64,000 bases of DNA from Candidatus Bathyarchaeia archaeon (GTDB taxonomy: Archaea; Thermoproteota; Bathyarchaeia; Bathyarchaeales; Bathycorpusculaceae), in assembly GCA_038883855.1 (NCBI GenBank), contig JAVZLH010000002.1, positions 62,392 through 126,391 of the forward strand, read 5' to 3'. Below are positions 1-9,806 of the stretch, piece by piece (positions within the stretch are counted from its first letter, which is position 1; the number at the start of each line of letters is the position of its first letter). The notes under the pieces are model-generated. The model worked only from the letters and a program-made list of their open reading frames with translations, was not told the DNA's origin and ran no database searches. Both the position numbers and the translations under genes were made by a program.

Positions 1-1
1 A

Positions 2-631
2 CTAATCTATGCCTTGAAAGAGGCTACAGATTATACCAAGCCTGTTGGCGTCAAGATAGCCGCTGTACATAACTCTGCCGCCATCGCAAGTGGCATGGTT
101 CGAGCCGGAGCCGACATAATCGTTCTTGATGGAGTTAGAGGTTCAACCGGCGCGGCACCTAAACTCATTCGGGATAATGTCGGCATCCCCATAGAGTTGG
201 CTTTAGCTTCGGTGGATCAACGCTTAAGGGAGGAAGGCATTCGCAACAAGGCATCCATAATAGTGTCAGGGGGCATAAGAAGCAGCGCCGACGTTGTAAA
301 GGCAATTGCCTTAGGAGCAGATGCTGTGTACATTGGCACAGCTGCCTTGGTAGCTATTGGCTGTACTTTGTGCCAGAAATGTTACACAGGGAAATGTCCA
401 TGGGGCATAGCAACTACGGATCCATGGATTTCTAAGCGTGTTAATCCAGACATCGCTACAAGGAGACTTGTTAACCTTCTGCAATCGTGGAGTCTCGAGA
501 TCAAAGAAATGATGGGCGGCATGGGCATAAACTCCATTGAAAGCCTCCGCGGCAACCGTTCACAACTTCGTGGCGTGGGATTAACAGACATCGAACTTAA
601 GATTCTAGGAATAAAAATGGCTGGTGAATGA
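2..631 (+). CDS. gltB: Glutamate synthase FMN-binding domain subunit (archaeal split GltB), 5'-truncated by window edge
   Basis: VGVK, DGxxGSTGAAP, SGGIR, KAIALGADAV and CTLCQKCYTGKCPWGIAT cluster motif; frame stays open to the window start. Confidence 0.9.
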   Translation, partial: LIYALKEATDYTKPVGVKIAAVHNSAAIASGMVRAGADIIVLDGVRGSTGAAPKLIRDNVGIPIELALASVDQRLREEGIRNKASIIVSGGIRSSADVVKAIALGADAVYIGTAALVAIGCTLCQKCYTGKCPWGIATTDPWISKRVNPDIATRRLVNLLQSWSLEIKEMMGGMGINSIESLRGNRSQLRGVGLTDIELKILGIKMAGE

Positions 632-634
632 AAA

Positions 635-1408
635 ATGAAACCCGCTAAACGTTCAGGGCAAGACTCCATCAGGGATGATGTTGCAATCATAAACGCTGAA
701 GGTATGCATTACCAAGACTTGCACTTTCTAATAAAATCCCACAGTAACTCTTCTAGGAGGATAGACATCTACAACGTTAACGGACAAAGATACATAGGCA
801 CCAGCCTCAAAAATAACGTTGAACTTCACCTGTACGGAACACCCGGCAACGACCTCGCAGCCTTTATGGACGGTCCCACAATTTACGTCCATGGCAACGC
901 ACAGGATGGCGTTGGAAACACCATGAGCAATGGAAAAGTTGTTGTTTATGGACGCGCAGGAGACATAGTCGGGTATTCCATGCGAGGTGGCAAAATCTTC
1001 ATTCGTGATGACGCAGGATACAGGGTTGGCATACACATGAAAGAGTATGGCAACCAAAAACCCATCCTCGTAGTCGGGGGCACTGCTCAAGACTTTTTAG
1101 GAGAGTATATGGCTGGAGGAATCTTAGTCATTTTAGGACTAACATTGAAAGATGGAGAAACTCACAAAGCTAAATTTGTAGGCACCGGGATGCATGGCGG
1201 CGTAATGTATATCAGAGGTCAACCGGCACATACAGGAAAAGAGGTAAAGATCACAGAGCTTGAAAAAGATGACGAGGCCGTGCTTAGACCCATCATTGAG
1301 GAGTTTTGCAACTACTTCAACTTCGACGTTGACACCATACCCCTAAGAGAATTTAAAAAACTGATTCCGCTTTCAACTAGACCATACGGAAAACTTTACG
1401 CCTACTAA
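635..1408 (+). CDS. Glutamate synthase domain 3 (GXGXG beta-helix) subunit
   Basis: GQRYIG and repeated GNxMxGG / GEYMAGG / GTGMHGG motifs; 3 nt after the domain-2 gene. Confidence 0.88.
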   Translation: MKPAKRSGQDSIRDDVAIINAEGMHYQDLHFLIKSHSNSSRRIDIYNVNGQRYIGTSLKNNVELHLYGTPGNDLAAFMDGPTIYVHGNAQDGVGNTMSNGKVVVYGRAGDIVGYSMRGGKIFIRDDAGYRVGIHMKEYGNQKPILVVGGTAQDFLGEYMAGGILVILGLTLKDGETHKAKFVGTGMHGGVMYIRGQPAHTGKEVKITELEKDDEAVLRPIIEEFCNYFNFDVDTIPLREFKKLIPLSTRPYGKLYAY

Positions 1409-1566
1409 ACACCGCAGGCCGCGCCGTATTGTTCTCTGGGCTGCTTCAAGCTTCTCATAACCAGCCTTCTCCTTAACCTCCCGTGCATGGTGACAGCCAA
1501 AGTTTCAACGTTTGCAAAGCCTGTGTCCCTAAGCTTTTTGGCTACTGATTTGCCAGCTATATTCAT
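1405..1566 (-). pseudogene. Relic of a RadA-like N-terminal helix-hairpin-helix domain
   Basis: GKSVAKKLRDTGFANVETLAVT, then after a frameshift AREVKEKAGYEKLEAAQR; no ATPase domain follows. Confidence 0.55.
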
Positions 1567-1746
1567 AGCCTGTAAACTTGCTCCAATAGTGGAGAAAAGC
1601 CAAAAAGCCATTGAAAGCCTAACAGCGGAGCTATAGGCATGCTGGCTGAAAAACCGCAATTTAACCGTGCATCAGCCAAATAGCCTAGAATTTTTTTTCC
1701 ACAAGTTTTAATAGAGCACACACTAAAACCACAAGTGGCGGTAAAC

Positions 1747-2604
1747 ATGAAAACCAATAAAATTAGTATAGCCGCTGTACTCGCTTTTCTCTCAATTCTA
1801 ATCTTTGCCTCGCTGTTCAGCACAGCTCAAGCAATAACGGGCAACTACACACACGACAGAGGTGAACATCCCTACGTCTGCCTTGTAGCACTCTATAACG
1901 AAAACGGCGAATGGCTCTGGCGTGGCTCAGGAGCCCTAATTTCCCCAACAGTTGTGCTCACCGCAGGTCACGTAACAGATGGTGCAGTAAAAGCAACCAT
2001 ATGGCTTGACGAGAAAATCGCCTACGACCCACAAAACCCCGACCCGGAAGGCTACCCAAACTACGGCAAAGGCAACGCCACTGGAACGCCCTACACGCAT
2101 CCACTCTTCGGATATTATGTTGACAATAATGGGCTTGTCGGCTTCATAACACACGATGTAGGCATAGTTGTTCTCGACAAACCTATTGAATTAGAAATAT
2201 ACGGTCAACTTCCAAGCCAAGGTCTGGTTGACACTTTGAAAGTTGGCACCACAGTCACCTTCGTCGGCTACGGAGTACAGTACCAGGTAACCCCGAAAAT
2301 CGGAGGTCCGTACTACGCTTGGAGAGGAGAACGGGCACGTTTCTACGCTACTGCAAAACTGCTCTCTAGCAATTATGCCATAAGTAGCACATTCATAAAA
2401 TGCAGCTCTAACGCGGCGCAAGGCAAAGGCGGTACAGCTTTTGGCGACTCAGGCGGTCCAGTACTACTCGAAGACACAAATATAATACTTGCGGTAACCT
2501 CGTTTGGAGCAAACGCCAACTGCGCAGGCGTAGGCTACTACGCCAGAATAGACACGCCCGACGTACTAAACTGGATAAGCAATTTCTTAGATCACTCTTC
2601 ATAA
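1747..2604 (+). CDS. Secreted trypsin-like (S1) serine protease
   Basis: Signal peptide MKTNKISIAAVLAF...AQA; triad motifs LTAGH, HDVGIV, GDSGGP; ATG 1747 preferred over GTG 1735. Confidence 0.9.
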   Translation: MKTNKISIAAVLAFLSILIFASLFSTAQAITGNYTHDRGEHPYVCLVALYNENGEWLWRGSGALISPTVVLTAGHVTDGAVKATIWLDEKIAYDPQNPDPEGYPNYGKGNATGTPYTHPLFGYYVDNNGLVGFITHDVGIVVLDKPIELEIYGQLPSQGLVDTLKVGTTVTFVGYGVQYQVTPKIGGPYYAWRGERARFYATAKLLSSNYAISSTFIKCSSNAAQGKGGTAFGDSGGPVLLEDTNIILAVTSFGANANCAGVGYYARIDTPDVLNWISNFLDHSS

Positions 2605-2605
2605 A

Positions 2606-2619
2606 TCTTCCTCTTTTTT
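2606..2619 (+). terminator. Pyrimidine/oligo-T tract, probable archaeal terminator
   Basis: TCTTCCTCTTTTTT immediately after the protease stop codon. Confidence 0.4.
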
Positions 2620-2862
2620 AAAATTCGCGGCATCTATAACTCTACAAATCTTTTAAACAAAACATAATTAAATAATCAGCTCTTAAAGAGCCAATTACAT
2701 TGACCCATTTTCGCCGATTTATTTACCTGTTCTTGATGGAAAAGTTTTTATTTTATTAATTAACATTATTTTGCGGTTTGGTAGTGATGCATCGCCAATC
2801 CTATTAAAAAGCGCTTCGGGCTTTATGTTTTCCTTAGTGTATAATATCATGGCTTTTGTGAG

Positions 2863-4503
2863 GTGTTTGCTGTGTTCTTGGTAGTCTTGGACCTTGAAGG
2901 TGTGCTTGTAAAAGGCGAATACCTTGTGGAATTAGCTAAGATTGTCGGTAAACGCGATGTTGTAGAGCAGCTTACCAGGGATAGCCTTGAGGGGCACATT
3001 GAATGGGAGGAGGCTTTATATCGGAGAATTGAGCTACTCAAAGGGGTTGAATATGGAAAATGTCTGGAAGTAGCTAGGGCTCTAGAGCTTTTTCCAGGTG
3101 CACGCGAGTTTGTTGATGATCTAAAAAGGTTTGGAGGCGTCTTGGTGGGAGTTATAACGGGCTGCTTTGATATAGTTGTAAGTAGGGTGAAGGAAGAACT
3201 TGGACTTGACTTTGCTGTAGCTAATAAACTAGTTTTTGAGGATGGCAAACTTGCTGGTGTTAAGATCGTCGTCAATGCTGATAAAGATATACACATGGAA
3301 TGCTTGGCTAAACGGTACGGTATTAAAATGGAGGATGTGATTGCTATGGGCGATGGTGCCAACGATGCAAGAATGATTAGCAAGGCTGGGCTTGGAATAG
3401 CTTTCAATCCAGCACCGATCCTTACAAAATGTGCAAAGGTGACGTTAAACGCCGAAAGGCTTGACGAAGCTTTACCCGTAATCAAGGAGTTTATTTTCAG
3501 AAAACAAGCAATAAAAGATGTAGGTGAAGAAAAGCCAAAACCGAAGGTCCTTATATGCGATCCGATAGATGAGGAAGGTGTACAGCTACTCCAAAGGTTC
3601 GGATTTGAAATTGTAAACAAGTCTGACATCACATGTAAGGATCTTAAAAAAGAAGTTGAGGATTGCGATGTTTTAATCGTTCGAAGCAGAACAAAAGTGA
3701 CGAAGGAAATTATAGATGCTGGTAAAAATCTTAAGGTAATAGCTCGGGCCGGGGCCGGTGTAGATAACGTCGATGTGGCATACGCTGAGGAAAAAGGAAT
3801 AAAAGTTATTTGCGCATCAGACGCTGTAGCTAACTCTGTGGCAGAGCTAACAATAGGCCTCATATTGTCCCTCGCTAGGCAGATACCTCGTGCAGATCAC
3901 GAAATTAAGCGTGGAAACTGGATAAAAAATGAGGTTGAGGGCTGGGAGCTGCGCGGAAAAACCCTTGGCATAGTAGGATTTGGGCGGGTAGGCCAAAGGG
4001 TGGCGCAGCTTGCTAAAGCCTTCGGAATGAAAATTCTTATATACGACTTGAATCGGCCATGTGAAGATAGCATTAAAGAGCTTGATGCCCAACTTGTATC
4101 TTTGAAGGAGCTTCTCAGCATGAGCGACGTGATAACTCTACATGTTCCACTGACAGACCAGACGTATCACATGATAGGCAAGGCTGAAATAGAAAAGATG
4201 AAAGCTGGCGTTTACCTCGTAAACACATCTAGGGGGTCGGTTGTTGATGAAGAGGCTCTTTTTGAAGCCTTAAAGACTGGAAAAATAGCAGGGGCAGCAT
4301 TAGACGTATATGAAAAAGAACCGCCAGACGCGTGTTTATTTACTAAACTACAAAATGTGGTATGCACCCCACACATAGGCGCCCAAACTGTGGAGGCGCA
4401 AAAAAGCGCGTCAATCAACATTGCGACGAAAATAATTCAATTGTTTAAACATAGCCGTGAGGGTACATGTGAAAAGCCATGTCATGAATGTGCCAAACTC
4501 TAA
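2863..4503 (+). CDS. serB-serA: Fused phosphoserine phosphatase (SerB, HAD) / D-3-phosphoglycerate dehydrogenase (SerA)
   Basis: N-terminal DLEGVL, ITG, K, GDGAND HAD motifs; C-terminal RAGAGVDNVD, GIVGFGRVG, HVPLT, NTSRG, DVYEKEPP, TPHIGA. Confidence 0.88.
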   Translation: MFAVFLVVLDLEGVLVKGEYLVELAKIVGKRDVVEQLTRDSLEGHIEWEEALYRRIELLKGVEYGKCLEVARALELFPGAREFVDDLKRFGGVLVGVITGCFDIVVSRVKEELGLDFAVANKLVFEDGKLAGVKIVVNADKDIHMECLAKRYGIKMEDVIAMGDGANDARMISKAGLGIAFNPAPILTKCAKVTLNAERLDEALPVIKEFIFRKQAIKDVGEEKPKPKVLICDPIDEEGVQLLQRFGFEIVNKSDITCKDLKKEVEDCDVLIVRSRTKVTKEIIDAGKNLKVIARAGAGVDNVDVAYAEEKGIKVICASDAVANSVAELTIGLILSLARQIPRADHEIKRGNWIKNEVEGWELRGKTLGIVGFGRVGQRVAQLAKAFGMKILIYDLNRPCEDSIKELDAQLVSLKELLSMSDVITLHVPLTDQTYHMIGKAEIEKMKAGVYLVNTSRGSVVDEEALFEALKTGKIAGAALDVYEKEPPDACLFTKLQNVVCTPHIGAQTVEAQKSASINIATKIIQLFKHSREGTCEKPCHECAKL

Positions 4504-4542
4504 ATTTATGATATTCTTAGGTAACAAGATTTTCATATATGT

Positions 4543-5721
4543 TTAAATTTTCTGATGGTCAAACGCCTTGATTGCAGCTTCAAGCCCAGCTTCAATGTTT
4601 ACATGGCATCCAACGTCCTTTAAAGCATTCCCAAACGCACTTAATGTTATAACTACTTCTGCCAGTGTTACTTTTCCCATATTTCCGATTCTGAAGATTT
4701 TGCCTTTCAACTTGTCCATTCCACCGCCTATAACTACTTTGTATTTGTCTTGCATTATACGGCGTATGAGGCTTTCGTCAACCTTTTCTGGGGTGTTAAC
4801 TGCTATCACGGTGTTAGAACGTGTTTCCTTCTCTTTCGGGTAAATGGTAATTCCATAGGATTCCATTGCGCTGTAAAAGGCCTCTGCGCATCTTTTATGT
4901 CTTTCAATGCTTCTTTCCAGCCCCTCTTCCCTCATCATTTTTAGTGCTTCATTTAACGCGTAAAACAGTGGAATTGCAGGAGTGAATGGTGTTTCCTTCT
5001 TGGCCGAGTACTCCCTCATCAACGTTAAATCGAAATAAAATGGTTTGTCCTCGGTTTTCTCTATTTTCTCCCAAGCGCTCTGTTTTACGGAGATCACGGA
5101 AAGCCCAGGGGGACATGCTAGGCATTTTTGGCTTCCAGCCATGCAGACGTCTATTCCCCACTCATCGACTGGTAGTTTGTCCCCGCCAAGGGCAGAAACC
5201 GCGTCTACAGCAATAAGCATGTTTTTCTCTTTGGCTATCTTTGCAATCTCTGGGAGTTCGCGGACCACAACCCCAGTTGAAGTTTCATTATATACTATGA
5301 AGACTGCCTTGGCATCTGCTTCTCTTTCAGTCACCTCTTTAATATGGTGGGATTTTGGGGCTGTTCCCAAGGGTAAGTTGACCTCTACTGGAATTCCTCC
5401 TCGACGTCTAACAGCCTCTGCTAGTCGTTTGCTGAAAACTCCAAAAACTGGAACAATAACTTTCTCCCCGCGATTAACTAGGTTGCTTACAACGCATTCA
5501 ACACCACCTGTTCCAGATGAAGACAGCACAAAAACATCGTTCTCCGTCTGAAACACGTACTTTAAATTATCTTCAATTTCAGAGTAAATCCTGTGAAACT
5601 CTGCTCCTCTATGGTTTATCATCGGCTGAATCATCGCATATAAAACGCGTTCGGGAACGTTTGTTGGTCCTGGAAGCATTATCAACTCCTTGTTAGTCAT
5701 TTTCTTTACCTCTGAGATCAT
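4543..5721 (-). CDS. Class V PLP aminotransferase (serine-pyruvate/alanine-glyoxylate type; likely archaeal SerC)
   Basis: MLPGPT, SSSGTG, NETSTG, DAVS, GSQKCL (PLP lysine), FRIGNMG; convergent with serB-serA. Confidence 0.85.
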   Translation of the reverse strand: MISEVKKMTNKELIMLPGPTNVPERVLYAMIQPMINHRGAEFHRIYSEIEDNLKYVFQTENDVFVLSSSGTGGVECVVSNLVNRGEKVIVPVFGVFSKRLAEAVRRRGGIPVEVNLPLGTAPKSHHIKEVTEREADAKAVFIVYNETSTGVVVRELPEIAKIAKEKNMLIAVDAVSALGGDKLPVDEWGIDVCMAGSQKCLACPPGLSVISVKQSAWEKIEKTEDKPFYFDLTLMREYSAKKETPFTPAIPLFYALNEALKMMREEGLERSIERHKRCAEAFYSAMESYGITIYPKEKETRSNTVIAVNTPEKVDESLIRRIMQDKYKVVIGGGMDKLKGKIFRIGNMGKVTLAEVVITLSAFGNALKDVGCHVNIEAGLEAAIKAFDHQKI

Positions 5722-6073
5722 AAATAAGCTTCAAAGTTTATAATTAAGCCTATTGGTACTAAACTAACAGCGATGCGAAAAACTGTTCAAAGTTTTTTGT
5801 GTTTATACATCTCAATATTTGCCAACAATCCATCTATCGAATTTAACATAGACCATTTACCGAAATGATTAGAGGAAGGGGCATGTTTGCGATCCGGGCA
5901 TGAGGACGTTTGGGATAGTTATAATCGGCTGGGTTGAAAATTTTCACCGAACTTGTTGAAGCATGCCCTGCTCATGAAAATACCGTGATTTAGAGTGTAT
6001 AACCATAATTAAAAGCGAAGGCTTAAAGTCTCCCAGCTGCTAAGGAAATGTATTTGCAGCTTAAAAGTTTGTG

Positions 6074-6838
6074 TTAACTGATGTCTCCGAGTAATTCTAT
6101 GATCTTTCTTGGGCTGAATATGGTGAAGGTTGCGTTAGGAAGTTTTCTTCCGACTTTCGCAATTAGTCCAGCAGCGTCTGTTCCAAACTTACATGTAAGT
6201 GCATTTTCAAAAAATCCTAGGTTTTCAACGGCTATCACATCTCTTTTTAGCCCAGCTTCTTTCAAGGCTAGTTTAATTTCGTTTTCAGATGAGCCAATAA
6301 CAATTAACCTGTCTAACAGAGACCTTGTCCAAACTTTGTATTTGCTAAGTTGTTCTTCAGAAAGCGCGGTCTCAATGTATTTTTCGTTTTTGTCTAAAAC
6401 TTTAACATTTAATGGAAGGTTTTCGCAGAAGCCGAAGAGCTCTATGAGTTTTTTGAGGGCGATTTTTCTTCCATCGGCAAGTTGAGCTTGCAAACGCTGC
6501 AGTGTGATTATAGCGTCAACGTCGGTGGGTAAATGAATTCCCACATCAACGTAGATTTCACTTTTGCTTTTGCCCAGAGCAGTTATTCGCCCCTTCAATG
6601 TGGAAAACTTTTTTACGCCGTCAAGGTTTTCTGGGCATACTCCGATTTCAGTCTCTAAATATTGTAGCGCCACGTTTTCATCTTCGCCAGAAATCGCCAC
6701 TTTAACATGCTCTCTGGGTGTGACGTCAACAATCTCCACGCTAGCATTTAAGCCTTTCAACATGTTTTTCAAAAATTTGCTAACGATCTTTGTTTGAGAA
6801 TTGTTGTAGATTTTTGTTGAAAGGGTTACTTTGAGCAT
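6074..6838 (-). CDS. DUF2110 family conserved archaeal protein
   Basis: GEDExVA, YVDVG, LDRL, CKFGTDAAGLI motifs; usual position downstream of tfe and the HD gene. Confidence 0.7.
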   Translation of the reverse strand: MLKVTLSTKIYNNSQTKIVSKFLKNMLKGLNASVEIVDVTPREHVKVAISGEDENVALQYLETEIGVCPENLDGVKKFSTLKGRITALGKSKSEIYVDVGIHLPTDVDAIITLQRLQAQLADGRKIALKKLIELFGFCENLPLNVKVLDKNEKYIETALSEEQLSKYKVWTRSLLDRLIVIGSSENEIKLALKEAGLKRDVIAVENLGFFENALTCKFGTDAAGLIAKVGRKLPNATFTIFSPRKIIELLGDIS

Positions 6839-7368
6839 TGGCAGTCTCCGATCAAAGCGGACATTTCCTCATGTAACTTTCGCACTCTCACCACCACTGA
6901 TGGCGGCAATTCTCTAGAAAAATTTTCTATTGTTCGCTCTATTGGCACCCGATGTGAACCTTCAATAAGCTTGTCTGCATATGAAACAATTTTTTCCTCA
7001 AGTGTTTTTGGAATGTAAATGTCTTTTGGCCATCCGAGTTTTTTCGCTTCTTTAGATGTTATCCCGCCGCCTACATGAGTTTTAATTATTGAAACTAGCG
7101 GTTCTGGCAAGCCTAGGGACTCCGCTATTTCGGCTCCAATAATTGCGTGGTGAACAGTATGGGTTTTTGAGCGTCCGATGTCATGTAAAAGCGCGCCTAT
7201 TTCAACAAGTTTCAAATCGACATTTAATCCTCTTTCTTTGCAAGCCTTCGCGATCTCCAAGGCAAGCTTTGCCACTGCTTGACAGTGTCTTATCACATTT
7301 TCTGAGCAGCCGACTTGACGCAGAAACTGTATCGCTTGTTCTCTTGAAGGAAGTTTTTCACTCACCAA
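6826..7368 (-). CDS. HD/HDIG-domain metal-dependent phosphohydrolase
   Basis: HC...ALLHDIGR...H...HVGGG...YADKL. Confidence 0.88.
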   Translation of the reverse strand: MVSEKLPSREQAIQFLRQVGCSENVIRHCQAVAKLALEIAKACKERGLNVDLKLVEIGALLHDIGRSKTHTVHHAIIGAEIAESLGLPEPLVSIIKTHVGGGITSKEAKKLGWPKDIYIPKTLEEKIVSYADKLIEGSHRVPIERTIENFSRELPPSVVVRVRKLHEEMSALIGDCQCSK

Positions 7369-7876
7369 GCTCCTTCCTCAATTGTTCCACTTTCTTCGTC
7401 AGAACATTGATTATTTTCTCATTTTCATAATGCATCAGCGGCTTACCGCATGTTGGGCATTTAAACAAGAGTTCCACGGCTTCTTCGAATGGTACGCGTT
7501 TGCATCCCGGCGTATAACAGTAGTAAAAATCATGGTTTTTCTCGTATTCCAGTCTGATGTTAAGTTTTTCAAGCACCCTACGTTTTTGACTTAATATAAA
7601 GCCTTCGAACTGGTCCGGTTGCAGTTTCCAGTGGAAAACAAACCAGCCTGTTTTTGGGTCGCGGGTTCTTCTGAGGCTTACAAGGGAGTGGTCATAAAGC
7701 CTGTATAGTATTTTTCTAATAGAATTTAGCCTTATGCCAGTTTTGTTTGCTATTTCATCATCCGTTATTTCATCTGAGTTTTTGAGTATCTCAATTAGTT
7801 TAACGGCTTCTTCATCGCCGAGAGCTGCTGCAACTTTCGTTAAAGTTGCATCGTCAACTGTTGATAACATATTCAT
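7358..7876 (-). CDS. tfe: Transcription factor E (TFIIE alpha homolog)
   Basis: N-terminal winged helix TDDEIA...RKILY..GW, Zn ribbon CYTPGC...FEEA...FKCPTCG. Confidence 0.93.
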   Translation of the reverse strand: MNMLSTVDDATLTKVAAALGDEEAVKLIEILKNSDEITDDEIANKTGIRLNSIRKILYRLYDHSLVSLRRTRDPKTGWFVFHWKLQPDQFEGFILSQKRRVLEKLNIRLEYEKNHDFYYCYTPGCKRVPFEEAVELLFKCPTCGKPLMHYENEKIINVLTKKVEQLRKELGE

Positions 7877-7970
7877 CCTTTTGCCCTTGAAACTATTAAG
7901 CAGCGTTCTCCTCTATTATATTAATAGTTCAGCTTTAATTTAAATCTCTTTATGAAGTCTGAGTCGGAAA

Positions 7971-8513
7971 TTAACATTTAACTATTTTCTTTCCCCTCTT
8001 CTGAGGAATAATCTTAACTCGCGCAGACTCGAAATCTTTTGTTAGCTCTTTTCCCTCAAATAGGCGGTCTAAGAAAACGGCTAGGCTTGAGCATTCTGAA
8101 TGCGGTTGGTTTCCAATTGCCACGTTAAAATCGGAAACATTTTCTTCGAAGAATTCTCTTGGAACTTTCTGGCTTCCAACAATAACTAAAATGTCCTTGT
8201 CAAGCGCCTTGATCCTCTGTAAAACGTCGCTTGTTTGGATGTTTTCTCCGTAGGCTGTTAGATGAACTACTATTCCACCGTTGGCTTTCCATTCCTTGAC
8301 AACTTTTTTCCATGGAACACCCATTTCAAAAAGGAATGGTCCACCCCAATTTTTAACTACTTTTTCAACTGTCGCCTTTATTTTTTCATCTTTTATGTCT
8401 GAAAGTATGAAGCCTGAAGCCCCGAGCGCTCTGGCTGTTAGGGCAACATGTGTTGTTAGTCTCGCATCCCTTTTTGGTCTGTGTCCCCACCTTAAAATGA
8501 CTACCTTTTGCAT
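7971..8513 (-). CDS. trm56: tRNA (cytidine(56)-2'-O)-methyltransferase
   Basis: [44 protein letters not shown]. Confidence 0.95.
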   Translation of the reverse strand: MQKVVILRWGHRPKRDARLTTHVALTARALGASGFILSDIKDEKIKATVEKVVKNWGGPFLFEMGVPWKKVVKEWKANGGIVVHLTAYGENIQTSDVLQRIKALDKDILVIVGSQKVPREFFEENVSDFNVAIGNQPHSECSSLAVFLDRLFEGKELTKDFESARVKIIPQKRGKKIVKC

Positions 8514-8540
8514 TTTTGTCCATCCTTAGAAATATACCTA

Positions 8541-9806
8541 TTATTTTTGGATTTTTACGAATTTTCCACCGAGTTCTTCCACTTTCTTCTTTACTTTGTC
8601 AGCGAACCATGGGATTGCCTCGAAAACCACATGAACTGAATCATCCCCATATTTCACTGTGTGCACGTCTGCTCTATTGAAGAGCCATGAAATGAAAGGC
8701 ATGGTTTCGCTTGTTAACGGCACTATAAATGAGGCGCGCACATAGTTTTCCAGTCTTTTTAATATTTCGCTTTTTAATGCGTCTATGTTGATTTTGTGGA
8801 GGGCGGATATTGGAATTGGAGTCGGCGCCTTACCCTTAATTTTTTCGATTTTTTCTTGAATTTCCCCCTCTGATAGTAAGTCAATTTTGTTAAGCGCAGT
8901 TATTATTGGAACACCTGCTGCTCCTATTCGCTCTAGTGTGTCTAGGCAGACTGAAAGTTTTCTTTCAACAACTTCTAGGGGTTCGCTTAAGTCTACGACT
9001 AAGAGGATTAGGTCCGAGTATATGGTTTCTTCAAGCGTTGAATGGAAAGCCTCTATCAAGGATATGGGTAAACGGTCTATGAAGCCGACGGTGTCTGTTA
9101 ACAGAAATTTTCTCTTTGAAAAATTTACAAGCCTAGTTGTTGTTGATAGGGTTGTGAAGAGGCTGGAATCCACTGGAACTTCCTCTTCGGTTAAGGCGTT
9201 GAAAAGCGAGCTTTTTCCAGCGTTTGTGTATCCCGCCAAAGAGATGGATGAAAAGCCCATTTCAGCTCTTCTTTCGCGGTGCAGAAGCCGTTTGGCTCGA
9301 ATTTGCTTCAACTTTTTCCGTAAAGTGTGCACTTGCTTCTTCACAGCCTCACAATAAACATCCACTTCGTAGGCGCCGAGTCCCATGAAACCTGGTTGTT
9401 CGCCTTTCTTTGCAAGTCTAACTTTCTCTTTTGCGTGCGCCAACTCGTATCCAAGTCTTGCCAGTTGAATCTGCAGCTTCGCCTCGGTCGTGGTTGCCCT
9501 TTTTGAGAATATTTCTAGGATAAGCTGGAAACGGTCTATGACCTCGACGCCTGTGGCTTTTGCTAGGTTGTATGATTGAACTGGTTTTATTGGGTTGTCG
9601 AAGATTATTTTTTGGGCACCTGTTTCCTTTACAAGCTTTGCGAGTTCTTCCACTTTTCCGGAGCCTATTTGATACCGTGAATCTGGTTCTCTAATCTGCT
9701 CGATTTTTCCAACAACAGTATAGCCCGCGGCTTCCGCTAAGCTTTGAAGCTCATCTAAACTGGAGGTTTCATAGGGCTGTCGTCGTTGGACTATGATTGC
9801 TTTCGT
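8541..9806 (-). CDS. hflX: GTPase HflX (start extended to an ACG codon at 9806)
   Basis: GYTNAGKS, FTTL, DTVGFI, NKID; conserved N-terminus KAIIV...ELQSLAEAAGY...YQIGSGK lies in frame upstream of the listed GTG at 9653. Confidence 0.9.
   Translation of the reverse strand, partial: TKAIIVQRRQPYETSSLDELQSLAEAAGYTVVGKIEQIREPDSRYQIGSGKVEELAKLVKETGAQKIIFDNPIKPVQSYNLAKATGVEVIDRFQLILEIFSKRATTTEAKLQIQLARLGYELAHAKEKVRLAKKGEQPGFMGLGAYEVDVYCEAVKKQVHTLRKKLKQIRAKRLLHRERRAEMGFSSISLAGYTNAGKSSLFNALTEEEVPVDSSLFTTLSTTTRLVNFSKRKFLLTDTVGFIDRLPISLIEAFHSTLEETIYSDLILLVVDLSEPLEVVERKLSVCLDTLERIGAAGVPIITALNKIDLLSEGEIQEKIEKIKGKAPTPIPISALHKINIDALKSEILKRLENYVRASFIVPLTSETMPFISWLFNRADVHTVKYGDDSVHVVFEAIPWFADKVKKKVEELGGKFVKIQK

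Noticed and set aside
2847-3863. 338-aa minus-strand ORF
   Set aside because: Antisense shadow of serB-serA; Ser/Thr-rich with no motifs
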